Of a stretch of 52,545 nt of DNA, positions 1 to 7,681 are shown piece after piece. Below the pieces are notes generated by a model. The model did no database searches. It was not told the origin of the DNA and saw only the letters and a list, made by a program, of their open reading frames with translations. The DNA is from a virus (taxonomy: Duplodnaviria; Caudoviricetes): positions 1 to 52,545 of the IMG/VR virus record IMGVR_UViG_3300005825_000043. One strand, written 5' to 3'. Position 1 is the first letter of the stretch; every line of letters begins with the position of its first letter. A program made the translations under genes and the position numbers.

Positions 1-136
1 CCTCGTCCTTTTCGATGTCTATCAGCGACAGGGGCAACCATACGGCGTTGCTCTCCTCGCCATCATCGGAAACCAGCACAGCGCGCTCGGTCCTATGGTG
101 TACATGTAATTCCAAGTCAATCAGTTCATTGCTCAT
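1..136 (-). CDS. Small phage protein, truncated by the window edge (MSNELIDLELHVHHRTERAVLVSDDGEESNAVWLPLSLIDIEKDE...)
   Basis: Own translation from ATG at 136, open to position 1; overlaps stop of upstream gene; T-x-RA-V/I-L and W-x-P-x-S pattern shared with 43708..43938. Confidence 0.7.
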   Translation of the reverse strand, partial: MSNELIDLELHVHHRTERAVLVSDDGEESNAVWLPLSLIDIEKDE

Positions 137-794
137 TTTCTGCTCTCTCTCGAATAGCCTGCATGATCTCAATTACAACCGGCCAAGGGACGTCTACAAT
201 AATTTCTGGAGCATTTATACCATGTGACCCATGTACGCAGAAACCCGTTCTTGTTTTGAAGCGACCACTATACGTCTTGCGAGTGTCTTCACTTGGCGTC
301 AGCGCCTCGACATAACGGTCGATGGGCGTGGCTTTCAAAATGCGTAGACCCGAAAGAAACTTCTCGGCGTAACTATAAAATTTATTCCTTACGCCATTCA
401 GCTCTGCGTCCCAAACGCGCCCTATCTTATTGTCATAGAGCCACTGGGCAACGTATTCCAATGCAGGATCAATTGTTTTCGCCTTTTTCTTATTGTTCTT
501 CAGCTCTTCTATTATTATTTGTATATCCTTACGATACTTGTCCTTAATATGATCCCCTGTTCTAGCCCAATCATCTTTCATCATCGAATAAAACAACTCA
601 GCGGCACATAATTCTACGAGTTCTTCCAAACTCGTGTCAGTTTCCGACCATTTTTTATATTTCTTTATTACAGGGTTCATAATGTTATAATACTTATATT
701 TTATTGTATTATCTGCACTGTCCCAACATTGGCCATTCATGATTATATAAAGTCGCCGTGACGCCATCTCTAATTCTGGGTATTCAATTTTCAT
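126..794 (-). CDS. Hypothetical protein
   Basis: 222-aa ORF tightly coupled in a leftward operon. Confidence 0.7.
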   Translation of the reverse strand: MKIEYPELEMASRRLYIIMNGQCWDSADNTIKYKYYNIMNPVIKKYKKWSETDTSLEELVELCAAELFYSMMKDDWARTGDHIKDKYRKDIQIIIEELKNNKKKAKTIDPALEYVAQWLYDNKIGRVWDAELNGVRNKFYSYAEKFLSGLRILKATPIDRYVEALTPSEDTRKTYSGRFKTRTGFCVHGSHGINAPEIIVDVPWPVVIEIMQAIRERAENEQ

Positions 795-1104
795 CTTTTC
801 TCTCCATTTTCCGCTGTTGATTAATTTCCGGTGGCACCGGCTCTATGTGATCCGGGTTCACACACATGCTGAAGTGACATAGGTGGTCGCGATGGTATCC
901 CGGTGGACATGACTTCTTCCCTATCACGTCACATGCGAACCGGTGCGCCCGCACGGTCCTCTTGCCCAGGTGAAAGGACCCATACCATTTCCTGTTTCCC
1001 TTCCCCCGCGATCGTCCTCCTGTCCAGAACCAACATCCGTTCGGCAACTTGTCGACCTTTGACATAAACCGTTTGATATCGGCTTCTGTTGCATACAGCA
1101 TCAT
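784..1104 (-). CDS. HNH endonuclease
   Basis: CWFWTG...YG...RAHR...DHLC....CVNPDHIE pattern typical of phage HNH nucleases. Confidence 0.85.
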   Translation of the reverse strand: MMLYATEADIKRFMSKVDKLPNGCWFWTGGRSRGKGNRKWYGSFHLGKRTVRAHRFACDVIGKKSCPPGYHRDHLCHFSMCVNPDHIEPVPPEINQQRKMERKDEN

Positions 1105-1337
1105 GCATCACTCGTAATGTGCAACAGCGACACGACCACCATTCCGCCGATCGTGTACGCCTCGGGTTCTCGGAGCCACATCAACACTTTGGCTATAGTG
1201 CTGTAGTCCGGCACCTCCCCTTTTTCAATGCGACACAGCGTCGATGGGCTTATCCCCATCTCCTCGGCAGCCTTGCGCAGGGAGTAGTGCTTTTTTTGTC
1301 TGGTGTTATGTAGCGCTTCTCCCAGTTCCTGCATCAT
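1101..1337 (-). CDS. XRE/Cro-family helix-turn-helix regulator
   Basis: LHNTRQKKHYSLRKAAEEMGISPSTLCRIEKGEVP; start at 1337 gives ATGA overlap with upstream stop. Confidence 0.85.
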   Translation of the reverse strand: MMQELGEALHNTRQKKHYSLRKAAEEMGISPSTLCRIEKGEVPDYSTIAKVLMWLREPEAYTIGGMVVVSLLHITSDA

Positions 1338-1591
1338 AATCTCCCCGTGATCTTGTCGCCCCAATGAAACGGCGGCGGTGCGCCCCACCTTGCTTCGTAG
1401 GATACTCGAATGTCGTCGTAAGACTCTTTCAGCTCTCCGAGACTGATGAGCTTGTGCTCGTACGCGAAGCGCAACCGCAGCAGGTGCAACACGTAGGAGT
1501 GCGCCGCGAGGGCACATGATTTCCCACCTCGGCGGGAGGCGAACGCTATCGACGTCACTTTGTGCGGTTTGAAATTATTCAGTAATTTCAC
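1334..1591 (-). CDS. Hypothetical protein
   Basis: 85-aa ORF with overlapping start/stop on both sides. Confidence 0.6.
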   Translation of the reverse strand: MKLLNNFKPHKVTSIAFASRRGGKSCALAAHSYVLHLLRLRFAYEHKLISLGELKESYDDIRVSYEARWGAPPPFHWGDKITGRL

Positions 1592-2280
1592 TTCGTGTCT
1601 CCTAATATCTCTTTCCTCAGCCGATAGTAGCTCGATTTGCTGATTTGGAAGTAGCCCCTCAAATCCTCAAAGGATTTGTCCGTCAATATCGCCGCCCTTA
1701 TTCGATCCATCGCTGCGGGCGGCATCATGTCTTTGCGCAAGCGCCGCTCCATCGCTTCATACTTTTCAGCCTGCATCTTTTTCAACACGTGCGCGGGCGG
1801 TAATGGCTGCAGTTTAGAAGTGATGTCCGAGTAATTCCTCCCGGACCTTACGTGCGCCACCGTTGATTTGCCGATCCCAATGGACTTGGCTATCACCATC
1901 TTCGGCCATCCTTTGCACAGCATCTCCCAGATCTTGATCACTTCTTTTTCGGTCAACGGTGCACCGGGTTTCCGTATCACGTCCTCCTGCCAGTTTATAA
2001 CCCGCCATTCTATGTGGTTTGGGTTCATGCACCGGTCGAATGGATTGATGCATTTCATACAAGCCCTGTGATGCTCCGGGAATTGTCCTGTTACCCGTTC
2101 ACACATGTAATCGCGGGCATCAACCTCCCTATCCGAAACAAGGGCTATAACCGGGCCAGTCCTTTTTTTAGACCACGGCCAAACAAAACACTCGTTACCT
2201 ATAATGTCTCGGCTGTCTAAAGCCCAGTGCAACCAATCCACTGGATCTATTTCCTTGTAGTCCCCACTTAACTCGTACAT
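1588..2280 (-). CDS. HNH-like protein with C-terminal HTH domain(s)
   Basis: CFVWPW...C..C...RCMNPNHIEW followed by LTEKEVIKI...IAKSIGIGKSTVAHVRSGRNY. Confidence 0.65.
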   Translation of the reverse strand: MYELSGDYKEIDPVDWLHWALDSRDIIGNECFVWPWSKKRTGPVIALVSDREVDARDYMCERVTGQFPEHHRACMKCINPFDRCMNPNHIEWRVINWQEDVIRKPGAPLTEKEVIKIWEMLCKGWPKMVIAKSIGIGKSTVAHVRSGRNYSDITSKLQPLPPAHVLKKMQAEKYEAMERRLRKDMMPPAAMDRIRAAILTDKSFEDLRGYFQISKSSYYRLRKEILGDTK

Positions 2281-2328
2281 GTTGGCGTCTCACCCGAATA
2301 AATGACAAGGCACCAGCGCCTCATCTAT

Positions 2329-2357
2329 AGTATAGCACAGGGACGAGGCGCTGTCTA
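2329..2357 (-). promoter_or_regulatory. Sigma70-type promoter for the leftward operon
   Basis: Minus strand TAGACA-N17-TATACT with TGn extension; -10 flanked by inverted repeat CAGCGCCTC/GAGGCGCTG. Confidence 0.65.
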
Positions 2358-2422
2358 TGTTGATTTATGAGCCATGGTGCAGTGCACTTGTAGACGTACT
2401 ACAGCATATCTACGAATAAGTG

Positions 2423-2777
2423 CTCTAGAGTATGTCCAGAGACAGTTTCCATGTGCTGCATAGTATCTCAAAAATATAGTTTCTCCGTCCCTTATAGTAT
2501 CTCTTAGGCCAGCACGGTTTCCGACGACCATGTACCCTAGATACCACAGGTATGGTGACTCGGAGAGGTCATTACTCTGGCACACGTACCGGTTGCATGA
2601 CATAGTCCGAAGTTGTACCCTCTGGCAATGAGGTCCGGGAGTCGGTATACCTGTGGCGAGAGGGTAGGCTCGTAATCGGAAATGGTGCTGGCCTAAGAGA
2701 TACTATAGAGCACGGGGAAACGGGGGGTCTGAGATAGTATGCGGGAGGGTGGAAACGAAGGGGGAGATACTATAAAG
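2423..2777. repeat. Long imperfect inverted repeat centred at ~2600
   Basis: Perfect 23-bp arms 2493-2515 and 2685-2707; further symmetric arms 2544-2553/2647-2656, 2458-2470/2730-2742, 2423-2437/2763-2777. Confidence 0.9.
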
Positions 2778-3123
2778 GAACGAAGGGGTTAGCGAGGGCA
2801 AGGGCGCAGGAGCGGCGGAGGGACGCGGCGTAGAGGGGATTCAGTGGCCGAATAGAGGACAGTACAAAGTCCATAGTATCTTATCTCTAGGACTATATAT
2901 ACCAAGGTGGAGAGAGGGGGATACAACTTGCGAAAGCATTACAAAAAGAATCCTACGTTAGTATTACCGCCAGACCCCCCCGTAGCTACCTTGGGAGACG
3001 CGGCCCTAGACATAGGATACTGTGGACCTTGCTCTCTGTGTGCACTGCAGCAATTACATGCCCTCTGGAAACGCTCTCTTCATTCGGGTGTCCCCGTGTC
3101 CTTGATTCCCTCTCTCCTCTTCA

Positions 3124-3247
3124 TTCGGCTATTCCGCGACGGAGGAAACTCGCTCCCTGTCCCCTTTGGCTATTCCGCGACGGGCCATTTCGGTATTCCG
3201 CGACGTCCCTTCGGTATTCCGCGACGTAATTTCGGTATTCCGCGACG
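3124..3247 (+). repeat. Direct repeat array A1 (TTCGGTATTCCGCGACG x5, last three at 21-bp period)
   Basis: Seen directly in sequence. Confidence 0.9.
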
Positions 3248-3259
3248 CATTGTAATCGT

Positions 3260-3446
3260 GCCACATTGTTGCCACAATGCCACGTTACAGGCTTGCCACA
3301 TGTTACCCGGCTGCAACATTGTTGCCACAATGCCACGTTACAAGTTTGCCACATGTTACCAGCGTAACACACTGTTACCCGGCTGCAACACCATGTTACC
3401 CGGCTGCAATATTGCATATAAGTTACGTTACCAGCCAGACACATTG
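3260..3446 (+). repeat. Degenerate repeat array B1 (GCCAC..GTTACCCGG units)
   Basis: Multiple GCCAC and GTTAC(CCGG) units immediately after array A1. Confidence 0.8.
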
Positions 3447-3509
3447 TGTCCCTGTTATCACATTTCCGTGCTCCCATGGTTGCGGGCGCACCTGTGTGGC
3501 GCGCCCTCC

Positions 3510-3525
3510 TGTTTCACGTGGAACG
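3510..3525. promoter_or_regulatory. parS-like site TGTTTCACGTGGAACG
   Basis: 15/16 match to bacterial chromosomal parS consensus TGTTYCACGTGRAACA. Confidence 0.75.
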
Positions 3526-3530
3526 TTTCC

Positions 3531-3743
3531 TCATCGCCATGGAATTATTGGCCCGGTTGTGCCTTCTGGCACTGCAACCATAGTTCCGCTGTCGCACTGG
3601 CCTGCTTCTTCGATGGCCCACAGCACGTCGTCCTCGTCCAGCTGCAGCAGCATAGCGGCCTCGGAAACGTCCGCCCCCGTGCGGGTTATTCGGATTTCCT
3701 CCTCCCCGGAGGCATTCCATACGTCGTAAATGTCGAACGTCAT
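3531..3743 (-). CDS. Small early protein, YDI/V-x-N...WAI-x-E...CD family (paralog 1)
   Basis: MTFDIYDVWN...DDVLWAIEEAGQCD; aligns with 7150..7356 and 7682..7882; ATGA-coupled to upstream ORF. Confidence 0.8.
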   Translation of the reverse strand: MTFDIYDVWNASGEEEIRITRTGADVSEAAMLLQLDEDDVLWAIEEAGQCDSGTMVAVPEGTTGPIIPWR

Positions 3744-3856
3744 TTTGCAACTCCTTCGGGTATCGGCTTCGTTAGTTCGGCGATTGTAGCATCGAGCCGC
3801 TTCAACTGGGCCTTGATTGTGGCCATCGTCTTCTTCCACTCGCGGTCGTTTTCCAT
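3740..3856 (-). CDS. Small coiled-coil early protein (38 aa)
   Basis: AGGAGA RBS and promoter upstream; MENDREWKKTMATIKAQLKRLDATIAEL... Confidence 0.7.
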   Translation of the reverse strand: MENDREWKKTMATIKAQLKRLDATIAELTKPIPEGVAK

Positions 3857-3881
3857 TTGCCCTGTCTCCTTATTACTCCTC

Positions 3882-3986
3882 ATTCTACCATGGCGGATTG
3901 CCCATGTCAATATGTGTTGTATGCATGGCGATATGCACGGAATGCATGGCTGGAGGGTTGACACGGCAATCCGGATGTGGTAAGAT
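3882..3986. promoter_or_regulatory. Divergent promoter pair with central GCAT-N6-ATGC element (cassette 1)
   Basis: Minus TTGACA-N17-TAGAAT (3882-3910); plus TTGACA-N17-TAAGAT (3958-3986). Confidence 0.85.
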
Positions 3987-3992
3987 GGGGGC

Positions 3993-4036
3993 ACGGTCCA
4001 ATGAAGCGAAGCGAGGACCCGGAGTCCAACTATGCC
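3993..4036 (+). ncRNA. Putative small RNA 5' motif, copy 1
   Basis: ACGGTCC-loop-GGACCCGGAGTCCAAC starting 7 nt after a -10 box; no RBS/ORF follows. Confidence 0.5.
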
Positions 4037-4065
4037 CGTGTAACCGAGTCCAGACGTAGCAATGC

Positions 4066-4215
4066 GTGTAATTACACATGTGCGCTGACACCATGGAAGA
4101 ATGCGTGTTGGGACACTCGTGTAATTACACGCATTCGCTACAGCGATCACGGGGAAAGACATCCGGCGTCCCAGTGCAACGGCACCGATGTAAACATGCG
4201 TGTAATTACACGCAT
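4066..4215. repeat. Three GTGTAATTACAC palindromes (4066, 4119, 4200)
   Basis: Perfect 12-bp palindrome; extends to a perfect 20-bp palindrome at 4196-4215. Confidence 0.85.
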
Positions 4216-4226
4216 TTGAAGATTAA

Positions 4227-4260
4227 GGCATAGTTGGACTCCGGGTCCTCGTTGGACCGT
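4227..4260 (-). ncRNA. Putative small RNA 5' motif, copy 2
   Basis: Minus ACGGTCC-AACGA-GGACCCGGAGTCCAACTATGCC just downstream of a perfect TTGACA/TATAAT promoter. Confidence 0.5.
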
Positions 4261-4266
4261 ACGCGT

Positions 4267-4382
4267 ATTATACCATATAAGCGCTGGGCTGTCAATATCG
4301 TGAGCCATGCGTCGGACGCATGGCGGTATGCACGAGACACATACTTATGGCGCTTGACAGGGGGGTTTGGGTGTGGTAGAAT
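4267..4382. promoter_or_regulatory. Divergent promoter pair (cassette 2)
   Basis: Minus TTGACA-N17-TATAAT (4267-4295); plus TTGACA-N17-TAGAAT (4354-4382). Confidence 0.85.
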
Positions 4383-4432
4383 AGGAACAGATCGGAGGGC
4401 AGGGTGCCACCGACAAACAGGAGACTAGGAAC

Positions 4433-5182
4433 ATGAACATCCATCACGCAACCGCCAAAAAGGCAGAAGCAAATGGCGTCATCCTCACTGTGGAAGCGGG
4501 CGACGTGATCCGGGCACACTGGGTGGAAGGCAACCGGGTTCTCATCGGCAACGATCCGAAGCAGGTTCTGGCTGATATGCTCGTCATCAAGATGGCCGCG
4601 ATCGAATATCCGGCGATCAACATCGTCGCCGTGGCGATCGGCGAGTTCCAAGCCCAGATCGGTGAGGAAGTCGTGGCGGAAGCCAAAGACGCGCAGACGA
4701 CACTGGCTCTCGCTCTAGAATATGCCGAAGAGAACGACATCGACCCCGAGGAAGGGGCGGAGGAAGCGGACGAAGAGCGCCGTAACGTTGTAGTCCCGGA
4801 GCGCTACAAGGAGGAATATAAGGCACGCGGCAACGCCAATCACTGCGGCGACTGGCTTGCAATCACGCTGGATGGCAAGTTCATCGTGACAACCGAAGGT
4901 GGTCCCCAGTTCGACGTGGACGGCTTCCGGAGATGCCTCGCGGCAAACGGCGTCGACATGACCGGCAAGTGGGCCGGTCTCCCGGAAAGTGGCCAGCGCG
5001 GATGGCAGGGCCGGTATCGGATGAACGGGCGGCAGAAACTCGAAATCCGGGTTGCAGAGACCGGCGAGCTGAAACTGGGAAATACCACCCTCAAGGCTCC
5101 GCTGGAAGCACTGGACGCGATGTGGGAGCGCCACCCGGAAGCAGCCCTCAAATATGCGGAGGCCCACGAAGAAGCAGCCTGA
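4433..5182 (+). CDS. Acidic early protein; C-terminal domain paralogous to 47936..48367
   Basis: 249 aa, RBS, own promoter, GC3-rich codons. Confidence 0.9.
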   Translation: MNIHHATAKKAEANGVILTVEAGDVIRAHWVEGNRVLIGNDPKQVLADMLVIKMAAIEYPAINIVAVAIGEFQAQIGEEVVAEAKDAQTTLALALEYAEENDIDPEEGAEEADEERRNVVVPERYKEEYKARGNANHCGDWLAITLDGKFIVTTEGGPQFDVDGFRRCLAANGVDMTGKWAGLPESGQRGWQGRYRMNGRQKLEIRVAETGELKLGNTTLKAPLEALDAMWERHPEAALKYAEAHEEAA

Positions 5183-5205
5183 TCCGACTGAAGCCCAGCG
5201 CCCCC

Positions 5206-5221
5206 TGTTTCACGTGAAGCA
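5206..5221. promoter_or_regulatory. parS-like site TGTTTCACGTGAAGCA within a GC hairpin (5199-5228)
   Basis: 15/16 match to parS consensus. Confidence 0.75.
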
Positions 5222-5272
5222 GGGGGCGAAGGCGTATCTGGAAACCAGCCGGTACTCATTCGGGTATTCGGG

Positions 5273-5318
5273 CATCCCTCGCCTCCGGGTCCTAGGCGCT
5301 GGGCCATCTTTGAACCGT
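5273..5318 (-). ncRNA. Putative small RNA 5' motif, copy 3
   Basis: Minus ACGGTTC-19 nt-GGACCCGGAGGCGAGGGATG after a TATAAT box. Confidence 0.45.
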
Positions 5319-5324
5319 AACTCC

Positions 5325-5430
5325 ATTATACCACAGGGATCAACCCTTGTCAATATGTGTTGAGCGCATGGCGATATGCGTCGGACGCATGGCCGATCGA
5401 CTTGACAGGAAGCGCTGGGCATGGTACAAT
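5325..5430. promoter_or_regulatory. Divergent promoter pair (cassette 3)
   Basis: Minus TTGACA-N17-TATAAT (5325-5353); plus TTGACA-N17-TACAAT (5402-5430). Confidence 0.85.
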
Positions 5431-5460
5431 AAGTAATCGATCAAGCAGGAGGACTAAGCA

Positions 5461-5721
5461 ATGACGTCAGTAGCAACCGCAGTGTACCACGTCAAGTTGA
5501 ATCGCCAACGTGTATACATCATCACTGAATTGGACGAATCAGCAGTGCGGGATTGGTGCAACCAGGAATTCGGTTCTAAATGGCTGCATAATCGCCTGCC
5601 CCTGGATGGGTTCGGCATAGTGGACGTGCTGGTACAACTTGGGAATGTGCCATTCGTGGGCTTCAAGCCAACTCAGATCGTGGTGCTTGCGGATGGCACA
5701 GTGATCAAGCTCAAGGCGTAG
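5461..5721 (+). CDS. Small early hypothetical protein
   Basis: AGGAGG RBS, promoter upstream, GC hairpin downstream. Confidence 0.8.
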   Translation: MTSVATAVYHVKLNRQRVYIITELDESAVRDWCNQEFGSKWLHNRLPLDGFGIVDVLVQLGNVPFVGFKPTQIVVLADGTVIKLKA

Positions 5722-5776
5722 GATCAAGGGGGCGCTGGACGCGCCCCCACCACCAATCAAGCAGGAGACTAGAGTA

Positions 5777-5968
5777 ATGGAAAGCCTGACGCAAAAGATC
5801 AAAATCGCCGGTCGTCGAGTCGCTCCCACTCTGAGGAAAGGCGACCCAGCTAAGTGGGCTGCTTATCAGCGCCTCACCAACTACGAGCAGCGACTGAAAT
5901 GGCGTAAGGCCGTGGGTCATGCTGAATATTGCCGCCTTAGTCGCCTTGCATTTCACGGTTTCTTATAA
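5777..5968 (+). CDS. Small basic early hypothetical protein
   Basis: AGGAGA RBS in the shared ATCAAGCAGGAG leader. Confidence 0.7.
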   Translation: MESLTQKIKIAGRRVAPTLRKGDPAKWAAYQRLTNYEQRLKWRKAVGHAEYCRLSRLAFHGFL

Positions 5969-5987
5969 GCTTCAGCCCGTCGCGGAT

Positions 5988-6066
5988 TTTGGTATTCCGC
6001 GACGGGCATTCGGTATTCCGCGACGGGATTTCGGTATTCCGCGACGGGATTTCGGTATTCCGCGAT
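5988..6066 (+). repeat. Direct repeat array A2 (TTCGGTATTCCGCGACG x4, 21-bp period)
   Basis: Same unit as 3124-3247. Confidence 0.9.
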
Positions 6067-6070
6067 GCAG

Positions 6071-6225
6071 CGGAGCAACAATGTTACTCGGAAGCCACAT
6101 TGTTACCCGGAAGCCACGTTACCCGGGAGCAACAATGTTACCCGGAAGCCACGTTACCCGGAAGCCACGTTACCCGGAAGCCACATTGTGATCCGGAAGC
6201 CACATTGTGATCCGGAAGCCACACC
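6071..6225 (+). repeat. Tandem repeat array B2 (GTTACCCGGAAGCCAC-type, 18/21-bp units)
   Basis: About 8 units seen directly. Confidence 0.9.
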
Positions 6226-6253
6226 ACCGAGGGAGGGCGATCCAACATCCCCA

Positions 6254-6282
6254 AGCATAGCACGTCGGGACGCCGGTGTCAA
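6254..6282 (-). promoter_or_regulatory. Leftward promoter firing into repeat arrays B2/A2
   Basis: Minus TTGACA-N17-TATGCT; GCAT-N6-ATGC element at 6295-6308. Confidence 0.6.
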
Positions 6283-6432
6283 TACTCCCCGGACGCATGG
6301 CGGTATGCGTCGGACGCATGGCTCCGGGTACAATCCGGAGTTGCATATGCGAACCCCCCACAACCGAGCGAAGCGCGCAGCTCCCGGTTGCGCGCATTGG
6401 CGGCGTACAACCGGCTTCCGATCGCGCCCATG

Positions 6433-6460
6433 GTTGGACTCCGGGTCCTCGTTGGACCGT
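6433..6460 (-). ncRNA. Putative small RNA 5' motif, copy 4
   Basis: Identical 28-mer to copy 2; downstream ~100 nt (6335-6432) closely resembles 6860-6960. Confidence 0.5.
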
Positions 6461-6466
6461 AGGAAA

Positions 6467-6572
6467 ATCGTACCACATCCGGCTTCCCGAGTCAATACTC
6501 CCCGGATGCATGGCGATATGCGTCCCGTGCATGGTTTCTGGGGTTGCGTCGGCGATCCGGATGTGGTACAAT
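6467..6572. promoter_or_regulatory. Divergent promoter pair (cassette 4)
   Basis: Minus TTGACT-N17-TACGAT; plus TTGCGT-N17-TACAAT with TGTGG before -10. Confidence 0.75.
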
Positions 6573-6603
6573 GGGACATAGATCGAGAGCAGGAGATACG
6601 GAC

Positions 6604-6822
6604 ATGCAGAACGGATACATAGCGATGGCGATCCATACGAATTCCGACGGTAGCGGCAACCCCGGCGTGGAATATGGATGGGGTGCAACCGAACAGGCCG
6701 CTACCGATCGCCTATGGGAGCGCCTACGGGGGCAGGCATCCGAAATGTCCGACGACGAGGCCGAGATCGCGGCGCTCGTGGCGGAGTGGGAATTCGTCTG
6801 GGCGCTCCCGTTCGAGCAGTAG
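6604..6822 (+). CDS. Small acidic early protein
   Basis: GATCGAGAGCAGGAGA leader; MQNGYIAMAIHTN...WEFVWALPFEQ. Confidence 0.8.
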   Translation: MQNGYIAMAIHTNSDGSGNPGVEYGWGATEQAATDRLWERLRGQASEMSDDEAEIAALVAEWEFVWALPFEQ

Positions 6823-6838
6823 GAGCCATCCGGGGCGG

Positions 6839-6854
6839 TGTTCCACGTGGAACA
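6839..6854. promoter_or_regulatory. Perfect parS site TGTTCCACGTGGAACA at the centre of a perfect 36-bp palindrome (6829-6864)
   Basis: 16/16 match to parS consensus. Confidence 0.85.
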
Positions 6855-6960
6855 CCGCCCCGGAGTTGCATATGCGAACCCCCATACAACCGAGTGCAAC
6901 CCGTACACCCGGAATTGCATGCATGTTCGTGTCTACAACCGGCTTCCGATCGCGCCCATG

Positions 6961-6990
6961 GTTGGACTCCGGGTCCGCCCGCTGGACCGT
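6961..6990 (-). ncRNA. Putative small RNA 5' motif, copy 5
   Basis: Minus ACGGTCC-AGCGGGC-GGACCCGGAGTCCAAC. Confidence 0.5.
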
Positions 6991-6996
6991 AGGAAA

Positions 6997-7102
6997 AGTA
7001 TACCACATCCGGCTTCTCGGCGCAATCCCCGGAGCCATGCACGGAACGCATATCGCCATGCGTCGGAAACAGGTTGACACGGGCGTCCCGGCGTGGTAGG
7101 AT
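6997..7102. promoter_or_regulatory. Divergent promoter pair (cassette 5)
   Basis: Minus TTGCGC-N17-TATACT; plus TTGACA-N17-TAGGAT. Confidence 0.8.
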
Positions 7103-7149
7103 GGGGTATCGATCGGGGATGGCCCGATCGGGCATCGGGAGACACGGAC

Positions 7150-7356
7150 ATGCAGCGATACGATATCTACAACCAGGACGGGCAGACCATCCGGATGCGG
7201 GGCGTAGGCATCCGCACCGCCGCGCGGATCGCGGCCATCGATCCGGACGACATCCGATGGGCGATCGACGAGGAGGCCCGATGCGATGGCGCGGGCATCG
7301 TGGTCGTGGAGGCCGGGGATCCCGCGCCCGGCGTATGGGACGGCCTCCCCGGATAG
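7150..7356 (+). CDS. Small early protein, YDIYNQDG family (paralog 2)
   Basis: GGAGA RBS; MQRYDIYNQDG...DPDDIRWAIDEEARCD...VEAGDPAPG. Confidence 0.85.
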   Translation: MQRYDIYNQDGQTIRMRGVGIRTAARIAAIDPDDIRWAIDEEARCDGAGIVVVEAGDPAPGVWDGLPG

Positions 7357-7398
7357 CCCGGACGCGCGGCGGGGGGCCATCCCCCGCCCCATCCCCCC

Positions 7399-7414
7399 TG
7401 TTCCACGTGGAACA
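7399..7414. promoter_or_regulatory. Perfect parS site TGTTCCACGTGGAACA
   Basis: 16/16 match; not embedded in a longer stem. Confidence 0.85.
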
Positions 7415-7466
7415 CGCCCCGAAATTGTGGGCATTTTCGTGTCTACAACCGTGGTCGAAATCGGCC

Positions 7467-7512
7467 CATCCCTCGCCTCCGGGTCCTCTTGCTTGCGCCG
7501 TCCTTGGACCGT
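7467..7512 (-). ncRNA. Putative small RNA 5' motif, copy 6
   Basis: Minus ACGGTCC-19 nt-GGACCCGGAGGCGAGGGATG. Confidence 0.5.
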
Positions 7513-7518
7513 ATAAAA

Positions 7519-7634
7519 AGTATACCACGCCCGGATTCCCGTGTCAAGCCCAGAGGCCATGCGTTTCGTGCATGGCGGTATGCATTCCGTGCATGGCCTC
7601 CGGGCTTGACGCGGCGATCCCGGCATGGTATAAT
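7519..7634. promoter_or_regulatory. Divergent promoter pair (cassette 6)
   Basis: Minus TTGACA-N17-TATACT; plus TTGACG-N17-TATAAT. Confidence 0.85.
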
Positions 7635-7681
7635 CGGGGATGATCGGGGATCGGCCCGATCGGGGATCAGGAGCTAGGGAC

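Noticed and set aside
2580-2620. Protelomerase telRL site at the dyad centre (linear plasmid prophage)
   Set aside because: The centre is not a perfect palindrome and no protelomerase, integrase or ParA/ParB gene was recognised
5988-6225. CRISPR array interpretation of the tandem repeats (also 3124-3446)
   Set aside because: Units abut with only ~4 variable bases, there are no unique 30-40-nt spacers and no cas genes
3993-7512. CsrA/RsmA-sponge identity for the small-RNA motif (GGA in a GGAC-CCGGA-GTCC hairpin)
   Set aside because: Only one loop GGA per copy, not in an ANGGA context, and the hairpin is absent from two copies
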